Below are positions 34,974 to 42,504 of a stretch of 43,148 nt of DNA, piece by piece. Position numbers and translations under genes: made by a program. The stretch is taken from NCBI GenBank assembly GCA_046293845.1, contig JBKBIX010000002.1, positions 1 to 43,148 of the forward strand, written 5' to 3'. Position 1 is the first letter of the stretch. Each line of letters begins with the position of its first letter. The DNA is from Candidatus Bipolaricaulia bacterium. GTDB taxonomy: Bacteria > Bipolaricaulota > Bipolaricaulia > RBG-16-55-9 > DRXL01. The notes beneath the pieces were generated by a model, which did no database searches, was not told the origin of the DNA, and worked only from the letters and a program-made list of their open reading frames with translations.

Positions 34974-35237
34974 ATGGAAGAGCGATGGGAACATATCGAA
35001 GAGAAGAGACAGCGAGGAGAGCGCCGACCCGACGTTGATATGATCATGCAAACGCTTAAAGAGCCTGAAGAGATCAGAGCAAGCGCTTATGACCCTGATG
35101 TCCATCTGTATTACCGAGCTTGCGGAAACCGATGGGCTGTTGTGGTTGTCAAACATGACCCTACAGGGAGCTTCGTTCTCACAGCGTATATTGCTGATCG
35201 CATCAAACAAGGAGGTTTATTATGGCGCAAGAGCTGA
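34974..35237 (+). CDS. DUF4258-like small protein (putative BECR-fold toxin)
   Basis: Its pattern ...RGE...V..IMQTL..PEEI......HLYYR...RWAVVVVKHDP.GSFVLTAYIADRIKQG resembles DUF4258 proteins. It is followed by an overlapping DUF2283 gene. It has lower GC than the flanks. Confidence 0.5.
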   Translation: MEERWEHIEEKRQRGERRPDVDMIMQTLKEPEEIRASAYDPDVHLYYRACGNRWAVVVVKHDPTGSFVLTAYIADRIKQGGLLWRKS

Positions 35238-35485
35238 TACTAGAGTATGACCGTGAAGGTGATATTTTGGAAGCATCTAGCGATGTACGCGCTGCGGCTA
35301 TCGCTAAGGACATGGGGGATGACGTATGGCTGAAGGTTGAAGAAAGCACTGGGGCTATTGTGGGATTCCTCATATTAAATCTCTCGAAACGCAAAAAACC
35401 TGTTAAGCTCCCTTCCCCGTTTGCGCAGCATCTATTATTGAAACCCAAGCCTGGCGAGGAATATTTGGTTATCAACCAAAATTAG
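35222..35485 (+). CDS. DUF2283-family small protein (putative antitoxin partner)
   Basis: EYDREGDILEAS opening (the YD.E.D.L motif of DUF2283). A strong AAGGAGG SD. It overlaps the upstream gene by 16 nt. Confidence 0.6.
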   Translation: MAQELILEYDREGDILEASSDVRAAAIAKDMGDDVWLKVEESTGAIVGFLILNLSKRKKPVKLPSPFAQHLLLKPKPGEEYLVINQN

Positions 35486-35498
35486 AGAGGGCTAGATT

Positions 35499-35828
35499 AT
35501 GGTTATCAAGCTCAATGGGAGAGAGCTCAAACAGGTATACGGATTTGGTTTTACAGGTCCTAGCGGTTTTGTCATTAAGTATCGCTGGCCCACGAGTTCC
35601 CGCGAAACTGTAGAAGAATTAAGCTATATTGGTCAAGTAGCCGCGGGTCAGGAGCCTGTCTCTTTTGAGATAGAGGTTGAGGAATACAAGTTCTCTGCTC
35701 CTAAGTGTCGCCTCCTGCGATATAGTGTAGAGCCAGACACTACGTGGGCAATCAAGGACTCCAGAAGAGAGATGATATCAATTGAATTTGCAGTGATCAT
35801 GAAACATGGGGTGCAATTGGAGGAGTGA
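35499..35828 (+). CDS. Hypothetical protein (109 aa), third gene of the low-GC islet
   Basis: GAGAGGG lies upstream of the ATG. The sequence is beta-rich with no recognisable family. Its stop overlaps the next gene start (TGATG). Confidence 0.5.
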   Translation: MVIKLNGRELKQVYGFGFTGPSGFVIKYRWPTSSRETVEELSYIGQVAAGQEPVSFEIEVEEYKFSAPKCRLLRYSVEPDTTWAIKDSRREMISIEFAVIMKHGVQLEE

Positions 35829-36850
35829 TGAAAGCCATCGTCATTCGCGAACATGGCGGTCCAGAAAAGCTCAAGCTCGAGGAGATCCCCACTCCAGAGA
35901 TCTCCGACACGGAGGTGCTGGTGCGCGTCAAGGCTTGTGCTCTCAATCACTTAGATATCTGGGTGCGGCGTGGCCTCCCCGGCATCGAGCCCCCTCATAT
36001 CCCCGGAGCTGACGTCGCTGGCATCGTAGAGAGGGTCGGCTCGGCTGTGAAAGATATAAAAGTTGGCGAGCGCGTCGTGCTCAACCCAAACTTAAATTGT
36101 GGGGAATGCGAGTACTGCCAGATGGGCGAAGACAGCCTCTGTGTCAATTATGGGATTCTAGGGGAGCACGCTCCCGGCGGCTACGCGGAGTTCGTCAAAG
36201 TCCCCGCGCGCAATATTATAAAAATTCCCGATCATGTCTCGTTTGACGAGGCTGCCGCTGTGCCCTTGGTCTTTATGACGGCATGGAGAATGGTCGTCAC
36301 CCGCGCCAAGGTCAGACCCGGCGAGGACGTCTTAGTCTTAGCCGCGGGCAGTGGCGTAGGCAGTGCTGCCATACAGATTGCGAAGCTCTGCGGCGCACGG
36401 GTCATCGCCACGGCGAGCACCGATGAAAAGCTCGCCAAAGCGAGGGAGCTGGGCGCCGACATCGTGATCAACTATGCGAAGACAGATTTCGATAAAGAAG
36501 TCTGGAAGCTCACGAACAAGCGCGGTGTAGACGTCATCATTGAGAGCGTGGGGCAGGCGACATGGCCGAAGAGTTTGAGAGCCTTAGCGCGCAATGGGCG
36601 CCTGGTGACGTGTGGGGCCACGACAGGGCCCATCGGCGAGACCGATATTCGCTTGGTCTTTTGGAAGCAATTGCAGATCTTCGGTTCGACGATGGGGACG
36701 CGGCGCGAGCTTCAGACGGTTTTGAATCTAGTCTGGGCGGGCAAGCTCAAGCCGGTGATCGCTGGGGTCTTTGCGCTGGCCGAGGCGGCCAAGGCCCAGG
36801 AGATGCTGGAAAAGCGCGAACAGTTCGGAAAGTTGCTCTTGCACCCCTAG
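35828..36850 (+). CDS. Zinc-type MDR oxidoreductase (quinone oxidoreductase/alcohol dehydrogenase-like)
   Basis: GADVAGIVERVG, the structural-zinc CGECEYCQMGEDSLC and the AAGSGVGSAAIQ Rossmann motif. GTG 35825 is an alternative start. Confidence 0.88.
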   Translation: MKAIVIREHGGPEKLKLEEIPTPEISDTEVLVRVKACALNHLDIWVRRGLPGIEPPHIPGADVAGIVERVGSAVKDIKVGERVVLNPNLNCGECEYCQMGEDSLCVNYGILGEHAPGGYAEFVKVPARNIIKIPDHVSFDEAAAVPLVFMTAWRMVVTRAKVRPGEDVLVLAAGSGVGSAAIQIAKLCGARVIATASTDEKLAKARELGADIVINYAKTDFDKEVWKLTNKRGVDVIIESVGQATWPKSLRALARNGRLVTCGATTGPIGETDIRLVFWKQLQIFGSTMGTRRELQTVLNLVWAGKLKPVIAGVFALAEAAKAQEMLEKREQFGKLLLHP

Positions 36851-36866
36851 AGGGATACAATAGAGA

Positions 36867-36889
36867 GGGGCGACTTGGCTGGTCGCCCC
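36867..36889. terminator. Bidirectional terminator hairpin 1
   Basis: GGGGCGAC (36867-36874), 7-nt loop, GTCGCCCC (36882-36889). On the minus strand it is followed by UCUCUAUUGUAU. Confidence 0.6.
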
Positions 36890-36899
36890 TCCTATCCGG

Positions 36900-36932
36900 C
36901 CCTCGACAAGGGGTGGAGAACTTTGTCGAGGG
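36900..36932. terminator. Bidirectional terminator hairpin 2
   Basis: CCCTCGACAA (36900-36909) pairs with TTGTCGAGGG (36923-36932). On the plus strand it is followed by the U-rich CUGCUCUCUUACUUCUUCUU. Confidence 0.5.
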
Positions 36933-36940
36933 CTGCTCTC

Positions 36941-37000
36941 TTACTTCTTCTTCTTGGCCGTCTTCTTCTTCTTGGTGGCGGCTTTCTTCTTTGCTGGCAT
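36941..37000 (-). CDS. 19-aa lysine-rich micro-ORF (MPAKKKAATKKKKTAKKKK)
   Basis: Hand-translated. GAGGAGGTGA lies 7 nt upstream of the ATG. The TAA stop is followed by two hairpins. It is driven by the promoter at 37255-37283. Confidence 0.45.
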   Translation of the reverse strand: MPAKKKAATKKKKTAKKKK

Positions 37001-37254
37001 TCTTCTGTCACCTCCTCTTCTGTGTGATTGAGATCGAGTAACGGTTCATGGATTTGTTCGGATGCGGGTCAGCTGGAGTTTGCTCGTGTGAGTGAGTTCA
37101 GTGGTGCTTTGAAGGAAGAGAAGATGACAGGGAATCATCGGTGGCGCATTCCCAGAGAAAGCGGTCTGCAAAGATCTCTTCTTGTTCTCTACAGGCTTTT
37201 CTGATACTCCTTTCATCTGTTTGATGCACCACCGTTTCTGAGTTATCCAATGTG

Positions 37255-37283
37255 AGTATAGAGCAAATTTTTTTTTATGTCAA
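37255..37283 (-). promoter_or_regulatory. Near-consensus promoter TTGACA-17-TATACT (minus strand)
   Basis: Reverse complement of 37278-37283 is TTGACA, and of 37255-37260 is TATACT. The spacer contains an A9 run. Confidence 0.55.
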
Positions 37284-37471
37284 GAGGGGCGCGTGTGATC
37301 TCGGTCACTCCGAGCAGTGGACATGCACTCAGATAGTATGGGTGAGTTCGGATTTCTCTGTTCTGTTCAGGAAAACATCGCTGCAACCTCCCGCAAGGAG
37401 AGGCACGCTTGATCGCTTGGAGGCGAGGGGTTAGACTATCGAAAGGCACAGATATGAGAGAGGAGGGCAGT

Positions 37472-39316
37472 ATGAAACATCTTGCTCTTGTTGGGCTCTT
37501 GGCTCTTGTGAGCTTGGGATGGGCACCGTCAGCGCACACAACTGATGAGCTCATTACAGTCTATTTCACCGATCCTGTTGTGGGGTTGCCTCGCATGGAT
37601 AGACCGCAGGCTCAAGCCAATGGTGTGGATAGCGCCCTGATCACGCTCATTGATTCCGCTCAGAAGACCCTTGATGCCGCGGTCTATCGCATAGGGCATC
37701 AGTCGGTTATCACGGCATTGCAGCGCGCCTGCGCCCGAAATGTTACGGTGCGTCTTGTCACCGATCAATCTTCAACAAAAGAGTTTTTTAGCGAATTCAA
37801 CCAGCTTCAAGATCTCCCGTGCGTGACCCTTAGGACAGATGTCAACGCCGATGCCCGCGAGCGCTTCGAGCACACCATGCACCATAAGTTCGCAGTCATT
37901 GACGGCGCTATCGTTTGGACGGGATCGCTCAACTGGATTGACAGAGAGCTTTTCTTCGACGCGAACAACGCGCTGGTCATTCGCGATGAGCGTCTTGCTC
38001 AAATCTTCACAGCGGAGTTCGAAGAGATGTTTCTCAAAGACCGGTTCGGGCAGCAAAAATACGATGGAAAAATCTTCACGCACCTGCGCACTTATACTAT
38101 CGGTTCAGCGACGGTTGGGGTCTATTTTACCCCCAGCGGCGCCCCTCAGAAGATCGTGCGCGATGCAATGCGCAATGCACAAAAGTCAATTAAAATCGCG
38201 ATGTTCTACTTCACCGATGATCTCTTGATGGCGGAGCTGGCAGCAGCTTACGCCCGCGGCGTACAGATAGACGCCGTCTGGGATTTTCGCGGCTGGGAGC
38301 GCTTTGAAGACTCTGAGATAGACGATGCGCTCTATCTGGGTATTGGCGTCGTGGATGCCCTGCCGGGACTGGTGCATCATAAGTTTGCCGTCATTGACGA
38401 CAAGCTCGTGATCACCGGTTCGACAAATTGGTCCGATAGCGGGTTCTTCAGCAACGACGAGAACCTTTTAGTAATAGGGAGCCCGGAGGTTGCTGCGCGG
38501 TTTTCTCAGCACTTCGAGCGCCTCAAGCGCGATGCCCTTCACTATGATGGGACGCCAACACTGCCGCCGCGCGTGACCGTGCGCCACTACAATACTCAAG
38601 ACGTGCTGGCGCGGATAGAATGGCGGCCCCATCTGGGTCGTCCCGTAGATTTTTATGAGCTGTGCCGAGCGAGAGAATCATTTGGCCCATGTGAGCGCAT
38701 CTACTCTCAGATTCCCGCAAACCATCGCTATTTTATTGACGAAGCCGTCCAGCCGGGGCACCGATGGTTCTACCGGATGCGCGGGTCCGTGAAGAATCAG
38801 TTCACAGAGTGGTCCAACGAATTTGCGCTTTTGGTGCAAGCGCTGTTCTGCCCCCTTGCTGGGGTGCGCGACGAGTGCGATTGCGACGACACGATAGATA
38901 ACGATGGAGACGGCTCAACAGACTGTGATGATCTCGACTGCAAGGCCGCGACGAGGTGTCTTGGCCCGCAGTGGCGCGAGAGCACCCGCGAGCGCGTCGT
39001 GCTGGGGCTGACGCCACCAGAGGCGCTTGAGACTCAGCCCGACCGCTATCTCGAAAAATTAGTCACGACGGAGTTCACCGTCGTCGCGACGACTGTGTCA
39101 GGGAGCGTCATCCGTGTGCAGTCCGATCGTGATTTCTCTAATCATCTCTCCGTGATCATATTCAGAAGCTATGAGCCGCGCTTTCGTGGGCTTGGGATCG
39201 ATCCGGCGTCGTTCTATACGAAGAAGAAGATCCGCGTGACCGGGGAGTTCTCTCAGTATCAGGGGCAACCGCAGATCATCGTGCGATCTCCATGGCAGAT
39301 CGAGCTGGTGCAATGA
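37472..39316 (+). CDS. Secreted multidomain phospholipase D-family (HKD) nuclease-like protein
   Basis: ATG 37472 lies after GAGGAGGG. It has signal peptide MKHLALVGLLALVSLGWAPSAHT, two HKD motifs (HHKFAVIDGAIVWTGSLNW, HHKFAVIDDKLVITGSTNW), a Cys/Asp-rich DNDGDGSTDCDD segment and an OB-like C-terminus. Confidence 0.85.
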   Translation: MKHLALVGLLALVSLGWAPSAHTTDELITVYFTDPVVGLPRMDRPQAQANGVDSALITLIDSAQKTLDAAVYRIGHQSVITALQRACARNVTVRLVTDQSSTKEFFSEFNQLQDLPCVTLRTDVNADARERFEHTMHHKFAVIDGAIVWTGSLNWIDRELFFDANNALVIRDERLAQIFTAEFEEMFLKDRFGQQKYDGKIFTHLRTYTIGSATVGVYFTPSGAPQKIVRDAMRNAQKSIKIAMFYFTDDLLMAELAAAYARGVQIDAVWDFRGWERFEDSEIDDALYLGIGVVDALPGLVHHKFAVIDDKLVITGSTNWSDSGFFSNDENLLVIGSPEVAARFSQHFERLKRDALHYDGTPTLPPRVTVRHYNTQDVLARIEWRPHLGRPVDFYELCRARESFGPCERIYSQIPANHRYFIDEAVQPGHRWFYRMRGSVKNQFTEWSNEFALLVQALFCPLAGVRDECDCDDTIDNDGDGSTDCDDLDCKAATRCLGPQWRESTRERVVLGLTPPEALETQPDRYLEKLVTTEFTVVATTVSGSVIRVQSDRDFSNHLSVIIFRSYEPRFRGLGIDPASFYTKKKIRVTGEFSQYQGQPQIIVRSPWQIELVQ

Positions 39317-41499
39317 GCTATTCTATCGCTGAAGTCGCTGTTCCGCTCGCAGTCGAGCAGACGTTCGACTACAAAATCCCAGAAGCGTTGCGCGACCAGA
39401 TCAGAGTCGGTCAACGGGTGCTCGTGCCCTTCCGCGAGCGCACAAGAGTCGAGGCGTTCGTCATCGCGCTGAAAGAGAAAAGCCCATTTGAGGATCGTCT
39501 GCGCGAGATCGCTGCTATTGTTTCAGCTCAGCCGGAGCTGAGCGAGTCCGATCTCGCCCTGGCGCGTTGGATCTCTGAGTATTATCTAGCGCCCTTGGGC
39601 ATTGTCTTGCAGGCGATAGCGCCGGGGCATGCTCCCCCAAAGCGCGAGAACGCCGTCAAATACGTGAAGCTCAGTGCCCCGCTCGCTGAGCTATTAGCCC
39701 AGATCGAATCGCGCGCGCAGCGCGCCCCGCAGCAAGCTGCCCTGCTGCGCGCGCTCCTCAACACGGAAACTATCTCTGAGAAGGAGCTCCTCGCGCGAGT
39801 CGGCTGCGGCCTAGGGCCGCTCAAGGCCCTGGCCCAAGCGGGACTCGTAACTGTTACGAAAAAGCCGCGCGAGCGCATCGAATTTCATGAAGCGCCCAAG
39901 GCGATCACTCTGAACGCTGGGCAGCAGCAGGCACTCGCAGCGATTGTGCAGGCACTCACCCCCGGCTCTCCCCTCCGAGGGAGAGGGGAAGGGGTGAGGG
40001 CATTCCTCCTCCACGGCGTCAACAACAGCGGTAAGACCGAAGTCTATATTCGCGCCTGTCAACGCGCTCTGGAGCATAGCAGCCAAGCGATCGTGCTCGT
40101 CCCGGAGATCTCGTTGACCCCTCAGCTCATCGCGCGCTTTCGCAATTGCTTTGGCGAAAAGCTCGCCGTCTATCACAGCGGGCTGACAGATGCTGAACGC
40201 GCCCGGAACTGGCAGCGCCTCAAGCAGGGCGACGCTCAGATAGCTATCGGCGTGCGCGCCGCGATCTTCGCCCCGTGCCCTCATCTGAAACTCATAGTGA
40301 TCGACGAAGAGCACGAGAGCACCTACAAGCAAGACGATCTTGCGCCCAGATATCACGTGCGCGAGGTCGCCCTCCAGCGCGCTTCGCTCACCGGCGCGAC
40401 CGTTCTGCTGGGCAGCGCTACGCCCAGCATCGAAAGCTACTTTTACGCGCAGAGCGGACGCTATCGCCTGTTAGAATTGACGGAGCGCGTCGTCCCCACC
40501 AGGCCCCCGACGATCAAGATCGTAGATATGAGCGACCGAAAGAGCTTACTCAGCCCGATCCTGCGCGCCAAGATCGAACAGAGACTCAAAAACAACGAGC
40601 AAGTGATTCTCTTTTTAAACAGGCTGGGCTACTCGGTTGCGATCTGTCGGCGCTGCCGCCAGACCGTGCGCTGTCCCTCTTGTCAGATCGCGCTGACGGT
40701 GCACATGCGCGATCACGAGCTGCGCTGCCGATACTGCAATTATAGTCTGAAGATGCCCCGATGTCGCTCCTGTGGCTCGACGGAGCTGCTCTTTGAGGGC
40801 GGGGGCACGGAGCGCTTAGAGCTTGAGGTGCAAAGAAGCTTTCCCAATGTCAATGTTCGTCGGATGGACTCCGAGAGCGTCCGTCGCGGCGAGCACGCCG
40901 CGATCTTAGAAGCCTTTCGTCAGGGGCGGATTCAGATTCTGCTGGGCACGCAGATGATCGGGCTTGGGCTTGATTTCCCCAACGTGACGTTAGTCGGGAT
41001 TGTCTCAGCAGACACTCTCTTAGACTTTCCCGATTTCCGTGCGGGGGAGCGCACCTTTCAGCTCATCTCGCAAGCGGCTGGGCGGGCCGGGCGCGGCGAA
41101 CGCCCCGGCGAAGTGATCATTCAAACCCGACACCCCGACAACGAGATCATTCGGTTGGCTGCTGCTCAAGACTATCGCGCGTTCTACGAGCACGAGATCG
41201 CGTTGCGCGAAGCGCTTGGGTATCCGCCCTTTGCGAGAGTTATATTTATAACTATTGAACACAGTAGCGACGCGAAAGCTCGCGAGCACGCGGATCGGCT
41301 CAAGGAGCATCTAGAAGCTCTCAAGATTGGGGAGATTCTCGGCCCGGCGCGGGCATTGCCCTCCCGGCTGCGCGGGCGCTTCCGCTGGCACCTTGTGCTC
41401 AAGAGTCCTTCTGAATCTGTACAAAAAACTCTTGGGGCAGCGATCACCGAGCTGAAGCTAACCGACTTAGTGACGGTGAATGTTGATCCTCAGCTTTGA
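39313..41499 (+). CDS. priA: Primosomal protein N' (replication restart helicase PriA)
   Basis: The N-terminal 3'BD (FDYKIP), GKTEVY Walker A, DEEH and a Cys-rich CRRC...CPSC...CRYC...CRSC zinc region. The ATG overlaps the stop of the upstream gene (ATGA). It contains repeat copy B. Confidence 0.93.
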   Translation: MSYSIAEVAVPLAVEQTFDYKIPEALRDQIRVGQRVLVPFRERTRVEAFVIALKEKSPFEDRLREIAAIVSAQPELSESDLALARWISEYYLAPLGIVLQAIAPGHAPPKRENAVKYVKLSAPLAELLAQIESRAQRAPQQAALLRALLNTETISEKELLARVGCGLGPLKALAQAGLVTVTKKPRERIEFHEAPKAITLNAGQQQALAAIVQALTPGSPLRGRGEGVRAFLLHGVNNSGKTEVYIRACQRALEHSSQAIVLVPEISLTPQLIARFRNCFGEKLAVYHSGLTDAERARNWQRLKQGDAQIAIGVRAAIFAPCPHLKLIVIDEEHESTYKQDDLAPRYHVREVALQRASLTGATVLLGSATPSIESYFYAQSGRYRLLELTERVVPTRPPTIKIVDMSDRKSLLSPILRAKIEQRLKNNEQVILFLNRLGYSVAICRRCRQTVRCPSCQIALTVHMRDHELRCRYCNYSLKMPRCRSCGSTELLFEGGGTERLELEVQRSFPNVNVRRMDSESVRRGEHAAILEAFRQGRIQILLGTQMIGLGLDFPNVTLVGIVSADTLLDFPDFRAGERTFQLISQAAGRAGRGERPGEVIIQTRHPDNEIIRLAAAQDYRAFYEHEIALREALGYPPFARVIFITIEHSSDAKAREHADRLKEHLEALKIGEILGPARALPSRLRGRFRWHLVLKSPSESVQKTLGAAITELKLTDLVTVNVDPQL
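39952..40001 (+). repeat. 50-nt palindromic repeat element, copy B, in frame in priA
   Basis: GCACTCACCCCCGGCTCTCCCCTCCGAGGGAGAGGGGAAGGGGTGAGGGC. It is 3 nt shorter than copy A, in the same orientation and frame, and is translated ALTPGSPLRGRGEGVRA. Confidence 0.8.
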
Positions 41500-41986
41500 A
41501 GAGGACTTTTGTCGCTATGGGGGTGAACTCCGCGCGCTCACGGAGCTTCGCATAGAGAGCGGCGAACGCGAAGCTCAGCATCATCAGACCGAAGCCAAAA
41601 GCGACTTGGATGAGAATAACAGCGTCTCCCGCAAGCCCCCAGTGCGTGGAGCTCCACCACCCGCCAAGCACGATCCCGATCACAAACACCACTGCCGGGA
41701 TGAGATAGAGCAATGCTGATGCTTTGACTACGGAAGCGTTGGATTTCAGTTGGAGCACAACGCGATCTCCAGGGGTGGCCCCGACTTCGTTGAGCGCCTC
41801 GATCTCCATTACTGAAGATTGCTGGAAGAGACTTCCCAAGACCCCGCGGCGCTGCTCTACTTCTTCAGGTGAGCACGCCGTGCTCAGCACGCACGTGCAG
41901 TTTTCGCACGTCCCGGCACGATAAACCCGGACGCGCACACGATCAGCGACTTGCCCGACAACGATCCCTTCAGCCGTGTCTTTCAT
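41444..41986 (-). CDS. RseC/MucC-family membrane protein
   Basis: An N-terminal beta domain with Cys cluster (CENCTCVLSTAC) followed by two TM helices. Its 3' end overlaps the priA 3' end by 56 nt. Confidence 0.55.
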   Translation of the reverse strand: MKDTAEGIVVGQVADRVRVRVYRAGTCENCTCVLSTACSPEEVEQRRGVLGSLFQQSSVMEIEALNEVGATPGDRVVLQLKSNASVVKASALLYLIPAVVFVIGIVLGGWWSSTHWGLAGDAVILIQVAFGFGLMMLSFAFAALYAKLRERAEFTPIATKVLFKAEDQHSPSLSRLASAR

Positions 41987-42065
41987 ACTCTCAACCTCGC
42001 TAAAAGTATACTAAAATAGTCTGAGTTTTACCAGTCCCTCTCTATTTTCATTGCCGGGAAAATAT

Positions 42066-42074
42066 TGTTATAAT
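42066..42074 (+). promoter_or_regulatory. Extended -10 element TGTTATAAT upstream of the IscA-like gene
   Basis: A TGnTATAAT match 44 nt before ATG 42118. AAGGAG lies at the expected SD position. Confidence 0.35.
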
Positions 42075-42117
42075 GAAGCCGTCATCTTAATCTTTAATTT
42101 TAAGGAGTGGTTGAGCC

Positions 42118-42468
42118 ATGTTCACGGTCACAGAGAAAGCCGCACACGCGCTGTATCAGTTTCTGAAAGGCGAAGGGAAAGAAGATCACGCGCTGCGCAT
42201 CGTCGCGCAAGCGGGCAGTTGTAGCTGTTGCGGTCCGGCTTACGGACTGTTCTTAGAAAAAGAGATGGCCCCCGGCGATACCGTCATACAAGCTGGCCAA
42301 GTCAAGATCTTTCTCGATCAGATGAGCAGCACGCTCCTATCTGAAGCCAAGCTCGACTATATGGACGGCCCAGAACAGGGCTTTTTTATAGATAACCCCA
42401 AGGCTCACGCTGCGGGAGCGGAGGGATCAGAGGGATCAGGAGGCTGTGACTGCGGCTGTGGGCACTAA
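42118..42468 (+). CDS. HesB/IscA-family iron-sulfur cluster insertion protein
   Basis: Fold pattern LRI..QAGSCSCCG.YGL and a C-terminal CDCGCGH resembling the CGCG.SF motif. A Gly/Ser/Glu linker precedes the terminal Cys pair. Confidence 0.7.
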   Translation: MFTVTEKAAHALYQFLKGEGKEDHALRIVAQAGSCSCCGPAYGLFLEKEMAPGDTVIQAGQVKIFLDQMSSTLLSEAKLDYMDGPEQGFFIDNPKAHAAGAEGSEGSGGCDCGCGH

Positions 42469-42504
42469 TCTTGCAAGGAGTTGTAGAGAAGAAAGGAGAG
42501 CATT

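Noticed and set aside
37046-37216. A 56-aa minus-strand ORF (MKGVSEKPVENKKRS...) between the strong promoter and the K-rich micro-ORF, considered as a real gene.
   Set aside because: It has only a weak GGTGG-type SD 10 nt from the ATG, no recognisable features and a composition like the surrounding non-coding DNA. I treated it as possible leader RNA. It needs Ribo-seq to decide.
37409-37471. The N-terminal extensions suggested by the ORF track for the PLD gene (start 37409). The same question applies to 5383 (small membrane protein), 33952 (ybaB) and 16044 (prs).
   Set aside because: In each case a downstream in-frame start has a much better SD and gives a canonical N-terminus (a signal peptide or a family-typical start). 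The extension also overlaps promoter-like sequence.
41987-42117. An IscR/Rrf2-type operator between the RseC-like and IscA-like genes.
   Set aside because: There are only loose AGTC-containing half-site resemblances (ATAGTCTGAG...ACCAGTC). I cannot align a convincing palindrome to the known consensus by eye, and there is no regulator gene in the window.
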